From assembly GCA_964187785.1 (NCBI GenBank), contig OZ076412.1, positions 61,628,001 to 61,692,000 on the forward strand: a stretch of 64,000 nt of DNA, written 5' to 3'. A program made the position numbers and the translations under genes. A model generated the notes under the pieces. The model was given only the letters and a program-made list of their open reading frames with translations. It had not been told where the DNA came from and ran no database searches. How positions within the stretch are numbered: the stretch's first letter is position 1; each line of letters opens with the position of its first letter. This stretch comes from Amphiscolops sp. MND2022 (lineage: Eukaryota). Positions 51,170 through 64,000 of this stretch are shown piece by piece.

Positions 51170-51400
51170 GATTTGGGGACCCTTTTGTGAAAATAATTTG
51201 AAAAAGCCTCACAATGCCGAAAAAGTGAAAGGAGGACCCTTTGGGATTTTTCAACATTCATTCTGTCGGATAATGTCAAAAAATTGAAGGGGACCTTTTG
51301 TTGAATTTTTTTCATCAAAAAGTCTCACAAAGCCGAAAATACTCTAAGGGAGTACCTTTTGGCCCCGTTGAGTTTCTTAGATGATGTAAAAATACTACTT
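51170..51400. repeat. Dispersed non-coding repeat family (GGGGACCCTTT and AAAAAGTCTCACAATGCCGAAAA motifs)
   Basis: Motifs repeated locally; related motifs at ~41490-41530 and, on the minus strand, ~42420-42500. Confidence 0.55.
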
Positions 51401-53385
51401 CGTAAGCTAAGTAAGAATTGTAAAAATTGTAAGATTGTAAGAATTTTCAGAAAAGTGGACCATTCAGAGTGAGATTATCAACCAAAAAACTACCTACTGT
51501 AATATCGGACTTTTGTCCTTAAGGGAACAGGCGCCGAATAAAAATGAAAACAAGCATTCGGAATGCGAGGAATGGAACAATAGACCGCTACAAGTTTCAC
51601 TCCCGGTGCACTCTAACGGGACTAGCAGGGCGTTTATGGAGATCGAACGATCAACGGAAATCGATAAACAGCTAAAACGCGGGCACTTACGAAGAGCATG
51701 TAAACTCACGGACGAAGCCTTCATACACCCGGCAGTGAGAACTGAGGAGAATGACAAATCCTTAAAGAGTTCCGAAGGTCAAACACCAAATGCCGAACTG
51801 AACAAATTAATTGAACAAGTGGCAAAATTTTCGAACGGCGAAGAAGAAGCAACAATGATTTTCACGCCATTTGACACTGAGCCCAGAAACGGCAATGTTT
51901 TGTAATTTGTACAACATCTGAGAAAAGACAACAGAAACATACACTTTCAATAATGGGTATAAAAGATTGCAAAAAAAGCAGTCAAAACTCCAGAAGGTTA
52001 TGGATAAATACATTCACATAATCCAAAAATGATTGCTTCAATGTATAATAACCTTTTAGGGGACTAAGGAACAACACATAAAAAAGGTATGAGACGTGTT
52101 ACAAGTATTGGACTACCCGAAATTCGCTTGAAATTAGGGCAATACAACATTGCCAAAACCAAGACAGAATATGCCTGATGTTTAAAATGTCAGCGAGCAG
52201 AGTACAGTCGTATGATGAGGAGATTCGAGCAATGACAGAGAGACTAAAGTCAAAACGTTTGAAAGAACTTCGTTCGTTTATAACAACAAAATACAGAGGA
52301 ACTTTTATCTCAATTATTTGTCCCAACTTTGGCACATTTATGCGCATCACTAAGGCCCATAGTGTGTGACGACAAAGCGTTTCAGAAATCAACGGATGCT
52401 ATTTAGAAAGTAACAAAATTACATTACTTTAAAAGAACCAAATGAGGAGAAGTGTGTACGGCAAGGCATTCGTATATTTCCTGCAGCAAACACAAGACAA
52501 GAATGGTTAGCAATCTATTTTGAATCGTGGTTTCTAACCAACTTCTAACAAAATTCTTGGAAAAATGAACCAGAACTCTTAGCGGTCATGTGTACGGTAA
52601 AAACCTCAAAAATATGTATTGGACCCAGTTCGAAGTAGTATGGGCACTAACATCTATACCAAAAGGAAACGGGGCCAATCAAACGTCTTCAAGCGGACTA
52701 ACCCGAGGGATAGATAGGTTGCTACTGTTTAAATTCGTTGTGACTCAGGCTCTGAGAAACCATTGGGGTTGACATTATATGTCAAGACGTCCATCCCCAA
52801 ACAATAATAACCACCAATCAGAATCTGAAGAACACTGGAACGACTGGTTTACCGTTAACCAAAGAAACTATAGTGAGCCTCTTTTAGATGAGCAGAATAG
52901 ACAAAGAATGACAACTCAACCAATCACAGCCAAACTGGCAAAATCGAGCAAACGTGTGGTTAGCAGTTGGGTTGAAAGTTAGAGCGCGATAACCAAACAA
53001 GATGAACAAACAAGAAGATTGGCTACATTGTTCTAAACAACAGCAGCCCCATAGAAGACAGCAACTAAGTTAGTGATCAGCGCGAGGCTAGTTAATTAAA
53101 TTCGCGAATAAAGTGCCTTTAAAAAATTCTCTCAGCTTTTCAATGAAACGAGCTGATATCCTCCAAACGCGAGGAAAAGACCCTTTGCAGAACATTTCGT
53201 AGCGGACTGTTATTAATGGAAATATTCAAAAAACAATCAGTCTTTTTACGGCGCACTGGAGAGATAAACATAAACGTTCACGACATGAATCAAACGATGA
53301 CCTTCACATGGACGGAAGTCTTTTATTACCAACGGCGATACGACCAATCACATTGAGAAGCCTCCGCAACGGACATACGGGACTC

Positions 53386-56300
53386 TGTCGCAGTTTCTTG
53401 CCCTTTTCTTGCGCTGGTGCTTTACAAGCAATACACCGCCCTGATCCGTTGTTCAGTACTGTGGACCGTTATCAAACAAGCTTGGACTTCGTATTTGTAA
53501 AGGACTGTTTTTTGTAGTTGGTGGGCCCTATGCGACCCGTAGCATCTCCTGTGATCCCACTTTACTCCACAAGTTTTCCCGCTCTGTATCTTCACGCGCT
53601 CCGACTCTCCAACTATAACAGTAGCTACTCGTTCGTTCTGAGTTCCTTGCGAAAAATTTTAAAGATATCAGATGACAATTAGTCACTTGAGGTGAGATTC
53701 AACTTGACTAGAGCTATTAAGTTGTTAATATCTCTGATTAGTTATGGTTTTTAACTGGTTAAAACATTTTTAGGGATTTTAGATGGAACTATGTGGTATA
53801 ATTATATGACATTCAGAGTATAATTTGAAGTTATTGGCCATGTAAGTAAACCATGTTGTGGATTTTACATGTTTGTAAGGTGGGCTCGAAAATATGTTTA
53901 CACAATGTATATTTCACCAATTTCAACAGTGTTACATCCTAAAGAGGTCATACGGGTACATACAAAGATTAACATTTCGGCTCAATGACCTGAAATCTAC
54001 ACATGTGAGTGGTGAAGGAAAGTATAACGGGTGAATGACCTTAAACGTTAGCCAGCCGGGATGTTCATGTTAGGTTCCTCCTTACGTGTGCCAAGTTTCA
54101 AGTCTCAATGGTCATTAGTTGTCGAGCTAACTAATTTAAGGTGTGTTTGCGAGTTTGTCGCCCTTGTATGCTCATCAGAAAATAATCTGCGATTCCTAAG
54201 ATTTTTGAGGTATGAGTTTTGTAAATCACGTTCGAATTTTAGTTTCTCATCTTGCAATGGATTGGTTCTAACATTACCTTCCTGTTTTTCTCCCGAAAAA
54301 CATTTTAAAAGAAATGGGGTGCCAATTCCACTACTTGTTTTTTGAGTTTTCCAACTTTCCCACTTCCGTTTTCACCAGAACTGATTTTTTGCCCCAATCT
54401 CTTCCATGATATACTTCTAACACTACACCTTCATGGTAGTGTGCTCGTTTCATATATCTCATCCACCATCAACACCAAATCATTGACTTCCAGTTTTATA
54501 ACTCCTTCTTTGTTCCATTTAGATTTCTCATTCCATAGATGAAAGTAATCTCTGTTCCACCTGCTCTGGATCGTATCTACAGGTGTCTGTGATGATCTGA
54601 GTACTCTTTGCAGATCCGTGTATTGCTGAGCATCAGGTGTGAATGGAGGTGCTGGACTTGCGCCTCCTAGACGATTTGGAGTCAAAGGATCCAAAAATTC
54701 AGGATTATCACTGACACTAGAACGGCAAACGGATTTCAAAATCTGTTAGAATAAACACTTGGTTGTGGATACATCATCTGTCAGTGATGCTTCCCATGAT
54801 TACCATCTATGCTCTCTTGCAGCTTCTAACCATTCGCTCCCAAGCACCTATGAACTTTGGCGTATCAAGATGGCTGAAGTTCCATTTTAATTGCTTTTGA
54901 GCCAATGATTGTCAATGATCGACTGGTTCCAGGCTGCTATCAACTCTTGGATTTCTGTTGCTGCGCTCACAAAAAATGTTATTACCACTTGAACTGATAC
55001 TAGGTTTGCTTCTTCGGACGATGAATCTCACAGAAACATAAGCGTCGGCTTACAGACTGGCACCAATTCAACACAAAAGCTTGTCTCATCAAACATGTGA
55101 AGAGACCACACAATTGTTTCATCAGTTTCCTCAAGAATCTTACTTCGAATGTTCAAAATTAACTTACCCCAGTATTGACAAAAGGGATTTTTTCTTATCA
55201 ATCTTTCGTTAGTCAGGTCTGCAGTGAAAAGTAAAACTCTACACTTAGCACGCTTCATCAGCTCATTTCTGAGAGCGTTTCGAAAGACAATGATCCAAGT
55301 TTTTTGCTGCATAATTCTGCAAACAATCCCCGTTCCTTCGTTATAGTTACTTTCGTGCGCATCCTCAATCAATTTCCTCACTATTGGGTGCTTCGCAGAT
55401 AGCAAAAATGGGTGTTCTTGTCATATCTCGCATCAGCATGACGAACTCCTCCTCTCAATCACATGAAGTTTTGATTGTCCATAAATGGCGATAGTTTGCT
55501 CAATAATTAGATTGTGCCAAGGCTTGCTAAAATTGACCGAAGATGTTCATTTGAGTTCTTCGTAGTAGCATTCGGAGCACTTGCTGCCACTTTTTTCTCA
55601 TTACCACTTTTTCGTTGATTTTGGAACGAAAGCAGTAGTCCACGATCCGCGTCATTTTTCCGGAGTAATTGATGTTTTTCCAATCTATTTTTACCGACAC
55701 GACTTTGAAAACTTGTTCTGTGCCTTCTGGTTTCTGCTGATACAATTGTGATAAAGTTTGTCTCCATTTATCTTCTTTCTTACGAACTTCTGTGAACCTT
55801 TCGTTCTTTTCCCGTTCATGAACAGATTTTCTTCTTGCCCATTGTCGGCCGGGTTTAGGGTTCCTTCGAACTGTCTCCACTGATCAATAGTTGAACTATC
55901 TACGATTCCGGGAGGTATTTCTTCCATTACGCTCTCGCAGTTACAAATCCGGAACGTGAGTTGACAACAGACATCCACCAACTACTTTCGCAAGCTTTTG
56001 TACACCTCAAGAGTCTACAGCTCTTCCTCAGGAGCTACTGACTTCTTTATATAGTCCATGCAGAAACATCCATCTGTTGATCAACTTTGCGACCATCCCT
56101 TTGTCATCTCTGCAGTTTCTTCCGACGTGTGGCAAAGTTAACAATGTTGGCGAACTCTTAGCGCCAAAAATGTGTCTTCCATATTCAAACACAGCGATAG
56201 CTTCCGGGTTGCTTCCATTCCGCAAAACTCTTAGTTCCTCGCAGTCTACCGGAGAGGCCTTCACTTGGAGAAGCAGCGCTTCAACGTCTGCTGTGAATGC

Positions 56301-59300
56301 AATTTGCTTCTCCTTCTTTCTCCAATCTCCAATCTTCTATCTCCATCTGAAGAGAACTCTTTTGACCAATTGTAGAAATTCTGGACCGGCTATCAGATTA
56401 TCGTTTAGTGAAACACGTCAGAACTTTGAAGCTGCGTTACATACACGTCTCACTTTGTACGGCTTGTTCACTTTAAGAACAATGAGTTGCGGAAAGTACC
56501 ACTGAAGTTTTGATTCTGTGATTTCAAGATTTTTCATCTAGAATTCCCACATACTCTCTTTTTTATGTCCACAAAAGTTGTCTCTGCGTGTAGCGTTGTC
56601 TCAGTTGCTCATCTTTTGCAAGTCGGTGCTCGAGAGACTTCAATTTACTCACTGCTGAAGCGTAATACTTTGGCAGATGTGACATTGCTTCTTTCCAGAG
56701 TAGCCCGACCTCCAACCTCTATCCGTTAACTTTCGTGGTTGCCTTGCTCATTTCAAAGGGTTCCTCTGACGACCTTCCGAAAGCGTTGCAGTTTGAAGCA
56801 CACGTTTCCATACTCCGCCAAGTATTCACTTGATCCGACAATGGGTCCACTTCTGCTACAAATAGGATTCCAGTTGCGGCTCTCGCAGGCTTTTGTTGAG
56901 GCAAACGTCCACTGAGCATCCATCCCAAATTCGTTCGCAATGTCCAAGTCTTTGAGTTTCTACATTCGCTGTTGCTGTATGCAAGTGATAACAATCGTCA
57001 CCTGAAATGACTTCGACGGACAGGTGAGGATATGCTTCCTTTAAATTCTAGAGGTGGTACGTTCGATATCCCGCATTTACGTTTGGATGACTAAAGGCGA
57101 TAATGTATCCATCGACTTTTCCCATTTCAACTTCAATTTTGGCTCGAAATCTTCTGCTACAAAAATCAGACGTTCCATTAAACCCTGTGACATACAGATC
57201 AACTGAATGCCTTTCCAAAAGTAGAACTTTTATCAAATTCTCACCTTCAAATAACATACTTGCACCAGAATCGTACAAAGCAAACAATTCAGTGTTTTGC
57301 GCTCACTCCCTCTCGTTACTGGAAAGATTGGATGCAATCCAATGCTTTCCTTTAAAAGCAAGTTGGAGAACTCCTCAACATTTTAACCACTTTGATCTTG
57401 TATGATCAATGTAGTAATCTGTGATGAGGTTTTCCACAAACCTTGACGTCGCAAAGTCTACCTCTGCCAGAGCATTCTTTCACCTGATGTTCGTCTGACT
57501 GACATATGAAGCACAGACTCAGTTTTACCGCCTTTGTATTGGTAAGCTGTTGATGTACCATCTTTCCATAATGTTTGCCACCTTTAAGCACACACTCTGC
57601 TGGGTTTTCGAATTGTCCTTTGCAGTGTTCGTTGCTGATGTAGCAAACGTAGAGCCTTTGGATTTTTACTCGTAGCCCGACTTCGCGCGATCAGCAATTG
57701 GGTTCAAAGACAGAAGCAATCCATCTTGCACATCTGCTGTATCAGTAGCCGTCACAGAACACATCGACTCGCATAGAGGTTCTTTTGCTCGACATCCGTG
57801 AGCCATTTCGTTTTCATGTCCAGTGTTAATATCCTTGTGGCACTGCCTGGAACTCCTTCTGAGTTTATGTCTACCACGTAGTTGAATGGTGTGCGTACTT
57901 GATCAATGCGGCTCCGTCGTAAGGTTTTATGGGTAGAAACTAATAAATTCGCTTCACCTGAGCATTCAGTCAGTTAAGGTTTCCCAACGTTACAAACCTG
58001 CACGTTTCACGCTACATTATACGTCTCAGCAGTGTATTTTAGGCAAACAATTGCCTCTTCGGCTTTGCCCGTTTTAATGGTTTTCAAGTTTTCCATCATC
58101 GAATTGTCGTCCATTTTCGCTGGGTGTATGGTTGCTTGAGAGAGTTGCGACATTTCTGGCTATTCCAAGGGGTAAGCGGTAACTTCTAACAGCTTTAATT
58201 TTGGTAAGCTAGACCTAATATAATGGTCGTCTCTTGAATTAGAGCCAAAGTTTGGCCCTTGACTAGGCAGATAATCCTTCTCTGTGTTTCGCGAACTGCT
58301 GCGCACACATTTGTGGGTGTACTGTACTTATGACACGTTAATGGACTGCGCCACGTTTTTAGCTTCTGTTTTGTCCATCCATTGTGAGACTTTCGTCAAT
58401 GTGTGGTCTGATAACCCGACCGATGAAATACTTGGGAAATTGGAACCACAGCTGCTTGAAAATTTTGTCATTTTAGTTTCATTTCCAGCATCTCTAGCTC
58501 TGCGGGCCAGCTCTACTCGCAAGTCAGCTACTTCGTTTTGCTTCGCTTCTAGTTCCATGTTTTCCAGGCGCTTTTGCAGTTGTCCTTGCTGTTTAAAACC
58601 TTTCAGCTCCCATCGCTCATGCACTTGCTGTTTATGAAATAACAGGCGTTTTGTTGCTGTCGTCATCTGAGTTCTGAGCATCGTGTTCTTTTTGCTCGTC
58701 GAGATCCGGTCCTTTTTGTGGCGAGGAACCACTTTCACCGGAATAACCAAAACTATTAGCAGTCAACTTTCCTGAAATTCTGCTAGTCTCTGATCGGCGT
58801 CTTCTTGACGTCGCAGAGTGGCTCCCGCGTCTCCTGATTTCAGGGGAGTTTCAATTTCACTTCGGAAAGAAAACCTTCTCTGAAGCAACTCGTGACGTGC
58901 TGCGGTATATTCTTCTTCTTCGGCGTCTTAACAGTTTTCTTTTTGGTCAGCCCGTAACTGAAGCACGTTGAAGGATTTACCTTCAGTAGCACGTTTCTTC
59001 TGGTCACGATCCAAGTTTGTTTGTATGTCATTTTCGCTTTCCATTGCTAACATCATCTTTTTCAAGCCTCCAATGATAGTGTTTTGTTGCTGCGAAACCT
59101 CAAATTGGCTCTGCCTTGCCATGTTTTCGGGTGCGAACACATCGGGTATCTGAGGTTGATACCTAAGCTTTCCTGCATTTTGCACTGATTGAATGAGTTC
59201 TTGTCTCCGTATGGTCTCTTTCCTTCGTAACATCAATTCCGGTAACTGTTTGTCATCGTGGTTAAGAGCTAAGCTCTCTTAATTTCCAATGACTGACTTA

Positions 59301-59330
59301 CCGTGCTCGACAGCTGCATTCCAATAACGC
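53386..59330 (-). mobile_element. Decayed Bel/Pao element related to family A; 3' LTR ~53386-54325, no 5' LTR seen
   Basis: Reverse-complement LTR aligns by eye with 5154-6003. Minus-strand fragments: SSLPKLKLLE gag, LYDSGAS protease, YGRHIFGAKSSPT RT, NPAD RNase H, KHPIVRKLIEDAH and LTPNRLGG integrase. Confidence 0.85.
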
Positions 59331-61026
59331 AATGTTGTCATATACATCTTACACATCATACTTACTAAATCTGTTGTATATTAAATACAAAAACTACTTT
59401 TTCATTGATTGTGGCGGGTGTGACAGAGCTTTACCGATCACCATTATGTAACATCACAAAGTGTTTGATTGTTGGTTGAATGCTATTAGGTTGTTGTCTA
59501 TGACAACTGTTTTTAGCTAAAAGATAGGAAAATTCATTTGCCACAAGTTCTATTACAGAAATTCAGTTGAATCATAATATGATACAATTGTTTTCAATTG
59601 ACTTATCATCAGTTATATCAAGTCGCCTTTGATTTCACGAAGCGCTAACTGAAAGGAGTTGAAATATTGCGTTTGAACTTCGAGAAACAAGTACATATGA
59701 ATTGTCCAGCGAAAAAGCGCTTTTTTAACGGCAAACTCAATCTATCTTGCTTTCAATCGATCTGCAGGCGTTGTTTTAGAAATGAATCTTCATAAACCTT
59801 AATTTTTGTCTGTTGGTTAAAAACTAGAATGTCATCGATTTTGGCTTTGGATACTTCCACTAAAGGACACCCGTTCATGAAAAGCAATCCGGCTCAGCAT
59901 ATTGCCCGAAAGATGTGGCATGTTTTATCATAGGAAAAACTGTGTGAAATAAGTTTCCGCTACCGCTTGTATCAAAAGCCTAGCAAAAATTACCAAACAT
60001 TTGCTTGTTTTCAGCTTACGCTTCAAGTCTAGAAGTCACTAGTTGTCGCGAATGTTCTTCAAGGTAAACTTCATCCCGTTTCTCAGATGGTGTTTTGCTA
60101 GTATGCTCTGAAAATATTGCACTTTGATATGAATAGTCTTCAAAGCTGAATCAAAAAGTTTCGTCGAAAATCATACACAAAAACTTGAAAAACGTCTTAT
60201 TGATTTTTTTTTCAAAACTGGCCGCTTGTTTCAAGCCACGGATGTTTCCGCTCTGTTCTACAAAACTATTTCTGACACAATTCCGACAACAACTGTTGGT
60301 ATGATATTTCTTCAGAAACGCGTTGCTATTTTTCAATCGATGGAATTCCGGAAAAAATTCGTCGTACTGGCTCCTGACTTTGCGCCAATACTTTGCACGC
60401 CTTGTGTCTCTGGCTGCAGTTCAGCTTGTTCGAAAACATGCTAAGGCCCCTTTGACTCTATCGTGTCCCCAGTATTATGAAGTGGCCACACACGAAAACA
60501 GGAAAAACTGAAATTTTTCGCATTTTTCTAATTGATTTTTTGGTCCCTTTTTTATTTTGGAGACATCAAGTCAATGATCTGTGAAAATGCGTGCAATGTA
60601 ATGTAATTTTGTCTGAAAATCCTATTCAAGCGTTTTCGTTATCATACGGTGGGCTGGTGCCTTTAGAAGTTTGCAGATCTTGAGTGGTGATCAAACCGCG
60701 ATGCTAATTGGGGTTAATGGCCCCTCGTAACATCAAGGACGCTTTCTGGCACCGCGTTTCCTAAAGCCGCGGTATCTTTTGCATCGTTTTCATTTAGAAT
60801 TTGCAAACTTTAGAAGATTCTTGAAAGATATTGTCGTAACCTAGGTCATTTATCTGCGAGTCTATTGAGCTGTTCTCAGTATAGTTACCGCAATTTAAAT
60901 CACTTTTGGGCTAATTAGATTTCATTTTATTGCTTGAGGTAAGTTCCGGCTTCCTATGAAATCCTAGTAGTTGGTAAAGCACTTTTCTGCTGATGCAGTG
61001 TCTATAGCTTCCAATGTTTGTGAGTT

Positions 61027-61423
61027 TGTTACGACATATTATCGGGTCGTTTTGAATAGAACTTATCCTAACTGACTTTGTTGGAGTATAGAAACTCCTA
61101 GTCTCCTCTTCTACCTCTTCTTCAGTATTTTCTCTAATGATCCCTTTTGTTTCAGGTTTAAGGAGTTTCAACATCTCTTTCTGAGATTCAATAAGGAGGG
61201 TTTTAATCTCCAACGTTATTTCTTCCTTCAAGGAAGCTCTCAAGTTTTCTAGAAGACTATTCTCAGTCCGGGGGGATTTTGGTCTAGAAGGTCCCGCTAC
61301 TTCATCGTCCTGGTTCGAGGAACAAGGATTTCCTACTACTATGGGTGAAATCAAACCTTCACTTACATTCTCATTGGTGCTTTGCTGATCGTTCCTTCTT
61401 TTTTGGCTTCTTGTTGTCGACAT
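61027..61423 (-). pseudogene. gag: LTR-encoded Gag N-terminal segment (MSTTRSQKRR...)
   Basis: Part of ORF 60911-61558; ATG at 61423, ~145 nt downstream of the TATA box; the frame reads off the LTR end into unrelated flank. Confidence 0.7.
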
Positions 61424-63451
61424 TTTGTAGAAAAGTTTGAGCTTGAAGAATTGTATTTCTTTCAAAGATTTTTCCAACAAAGTAGAACAAGGTGAGAGTG
61501 AAATTGAGAATTCAACTGAATTGTACAATTGCAAAAGACTGAGTCCCTTAATCATCAAATCCTATCATATTTATACCCTCCCAGCATCATTTGATCACGA
61601 ACAAAGCTCTAATTTTCTTTGAACAATTAGTCATTTCCTGTATTTTCGATGAAAAAATCATTTTGTTCCCAATTTTACGTCAACATTTCGTCAATTTTTG
61701 AGACACGATGTTCTTCATTCAGTATTAGTCATCAAGTTTGATCATATCATTTCATCTCGGCGTCCTTTTGCTTCCTCCCAAGCAGGAAGTAGATATTACT
61801 TCAGTCTGTCAAACCGGAAATGATTCCCTGTTTTACTGCTTTGGTTCGCGGGAAATTGACGCTGAGATGACGCTGACGTGAACAAAAAATACCTGATTTT
61901 GAATTTCGCTTTGACAAAAATGCTATGACTAATTCCAAAATGGGAATAATTGAACGATGCTAGGACGATATTTTATGAATTTGGACCCAAGCTTTGCCGA
62001 TAGTGAGAATAAAATTGTGATGTAAAAATAATATTTGTTAGCAACATTGTCAAGTCGTGTCAAATGCGACAAGATTCATAAAATTAACAGCAACGTTTGT
62101 TAAATAGCAACATCAACACAACGTATATAACTGGACAGCTACTGGTCGTACTGGTATAAGAAAACATGAACACAATCACAAATACGGCGCTCAATGTCGT
62201 AGAGTACAAAAATGCAAAATATACGAAAATACATTTCTGTTATACAATATACCTTTAGTTGAAATGAATAAACTGTGACTTCCTTATTAACCTACTGTGA
62301 AATCTTGTAATAAGATGATTTATACACATAAGTTTCTTTATTGTTAAGGATACATGATTGTTACTTAATATGAGGTTGAAATTATCCTACATGTGTCAAT
62401 ACTCATTCTGAATTGGGACCTTAAACCAAGGAAAATCAACAATACATCCGTTATACAATTTATAACAGTCTGCAATCTCCTCTTTTTAGGAAACAACGGC
62501 AATTACGCGCTGAAAACCTGACTAAATTTGGCGAATTCATTCACTTTATCCAATTTCATAAACTTGTCAACGTCATGTTGACGAGTTTTCTTGGCAGAAT
62601 AGAGATTTGACTAGTTTGACGCAATGCTGACGAGTATTTTAGAAATGAGTCTCTCGCTAGCTGCCGGTGCAGTGACGTCACAGTGGCGGTAAATTGGAAT
62701 GATTTCTAGCAATGCTATCAATATAGGCGGATAATTGGAATGATTTTCTGGTATGCATATGCGAGGCAGTGACGTCAATTGGTATGCCTTCAAACTTGTC
62801 TGCGTCCTGCTGACGACAAATATACATGTATCCTTGTTTCTTTTGCCGCTTTGTTTACTCAGCGCAGTATTGACGTCCTAAATCACTTTAATTGCTGTTC
62901 AAAAGAGTAATTAAGCTGTCTTTCTAAGAAAAGGCTTAACTACCACGGTGTGTTGTCTCACTGTAATTTCCTGTTTTAGGTCCAAATGAAATGTAATTTT
63001 TCGGGATTAGTTTTGATGTATTTCCATTTAGATTAGCTTATGATCTCTTTAATCTTGGGGTAGTTTTATTCTAATTTTCAGGTTGTGAATGTTTCATTTG
63101 TCGTGGTTGACTCGTCCAGACAAACATGCGTGAAATCATTTTTGGATTATTTTGCTTCCTTATTTCATTTCCGCTCAAATTTGCGCGCGGTAAATGTGTA
63201 TTTTGCATTTCCGGTATTATTTTATTTAATTTTGCGAGAGCATGAAAAGCCTAGAATGCGTTCATTGGTTTTATTTGAATCTTTCGCTAGGCAAAAGTAT
63301 TATTGCATTTTAAGTCACAGTTTATTTAAGTCTAGTTAGAGTTCGAGTTAATAGCCAAAATACCTTTTCGTGAGTTTTGCGGTGCACCCATGTCCACGCC
63401 CAAAACCAACTCTCCTGCATCCGCAATCCAGTCCGGGAGCGGACTGTGACA
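61027..63451 (-). repeat. 3' LTR (~2.4 kb) of a second Gypsy family; element continues beyond the window
   Basis: Minus-strand end ...TGTCGTAACA at 61027; probable start TGTCACAG at 63451 (less certain); contains GGTATAAATA and a Gag-like N-terminus. Confidence 0.7.
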
Positions 63452-64000
63452 GGGCCACTGTCATGGGGCGAACGGCTTTACCGGGTTGATAGAAGTCGAA
63501 CGCCTGTCGCAGGTGATTTTCGCGAGAGTAGTTTTCCTTGGTTTCATCTCGCGTTAATTTCGGCTCCACCAGGTCGTTTAGAGGACTAGTTGTCAGCAGA
63601 TTTATTCTTCTCAGTGGGCCAGGGGGCGTGACAAAGTATGAAGAAGCGTCTTCTTGTTGCACCTTCTCCAGATATTCGGCTACTTTGCTACTTGTTACTG
63701 ATTCGGGTTGTGCAGCTGGGGCTTCTACTATGAATATGTCCGAAGACAAACTTTCATCAGGGCTTTCCGGAGAGTCAGCAACGACTTCTTCGGTTGACTC
63801 AGAGTGGGGGTATTGTCCTGATTCTACAGTTTCAAAACTAGAGAACGACTCACTCAGCTTCATTTTCTTGCATTCTGTTTCTAGTGAATTTACTGATAGG
63901 TCGAGGCATTCTTCTTCATCTGCGTTCGCCTCTGCTGATGAGTTCAGAATTTCGATTACCAGCCCCGGATAGGCCCTGTTGTCACTAGGTATTGGGGTAG
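63348..64000 (-). CDS. Acidic/Ser-rich accessory ORF of the second Gypsy family, running into its 3' LTR (5'-partial)
   Basis: The ORF-track 63348-63863 frame stays open to the window edge; positional counterpart of 31372-32058. Confidence 0.6.
   Translation of the reverse strand, partial: TPIPSDNRAYPGLVIEILNSSAEANADEEECLDLSVNSLETECKKMKLSESFSSFETVESGQYPHSESTEEVVADSPESPDESLSSDIFIVEAPAAQPESVTSSKVAEYLEKVQQEDASSYFVTPPGPLRRINLLTTSPLNDLVEPKLTRDETKENYSRENHLRQAFDFYQPGKAVRPMTVALSQSAPGLDCGCRRVGFGRGHGCTAKLTKRYFGY

Larger units (their letters stand above)
50529..59650 (+). mobile_element. Highly decayed Gypsy-like element with short putative LTRs (50529-50785, 59419-59650), interrupted by a Bel/Pao element
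   Basis: Two diverged ~240-bp direct repeats starting (T/C)GTGAC; pol-like traces at 52100-53385 (KELRSF, CPNFG, MSRRPSP, SLRNGHTG). No TSD found. Confidence 0.5.

Noticed and set aside
61022-63451. Solo LTR
   Set aside because: No matching GAGTT duplication next to a CA terminus at the right end, and an internal ORF continues to the window edge.

Overview
This is AT-rich eukaryotic (animal-like) DNA with GT-AG introns, dominated by transposons. There are no prokaryotic genes, rRNA/tRNA genes or CRISPR arrays. The left half is a nested LTR-retrotransposon stack: an old, decayed Bel/Pao element (~4.5-34.1 kb) was interrupted by a complete 8.4-kb Bel/Pao element (5154-13575, TSD AAGCG) and by a 16-kb Gypsy element (17841-33808, 1.75-kb LTRs, TSD CAGAA). 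Between pol and its 3' LTR the Gypsy element carries an antisense, apparently spliced gene of about 1270 codons (BED-like zinc finger plus a hAT-transposase-like body without recognisable catalytic residues) and a divergent acidic ORF that runs into the LTR. The centre holds one host gene, a four-exon class A GPCR (minus strand, 34962-47361). Its introns contain MITEs and a Tc1 element whose DD34E transposase is split by a 502-bp intron with the hallmarks of an introner. The right part has decayed Gypsy and Bel/Pao remnants and the 3' LTR of a second Gypsy family with the same coding-LTR layout. All coordinates and splice models were derived by eye from the sequence and ORF track; no database search was run.
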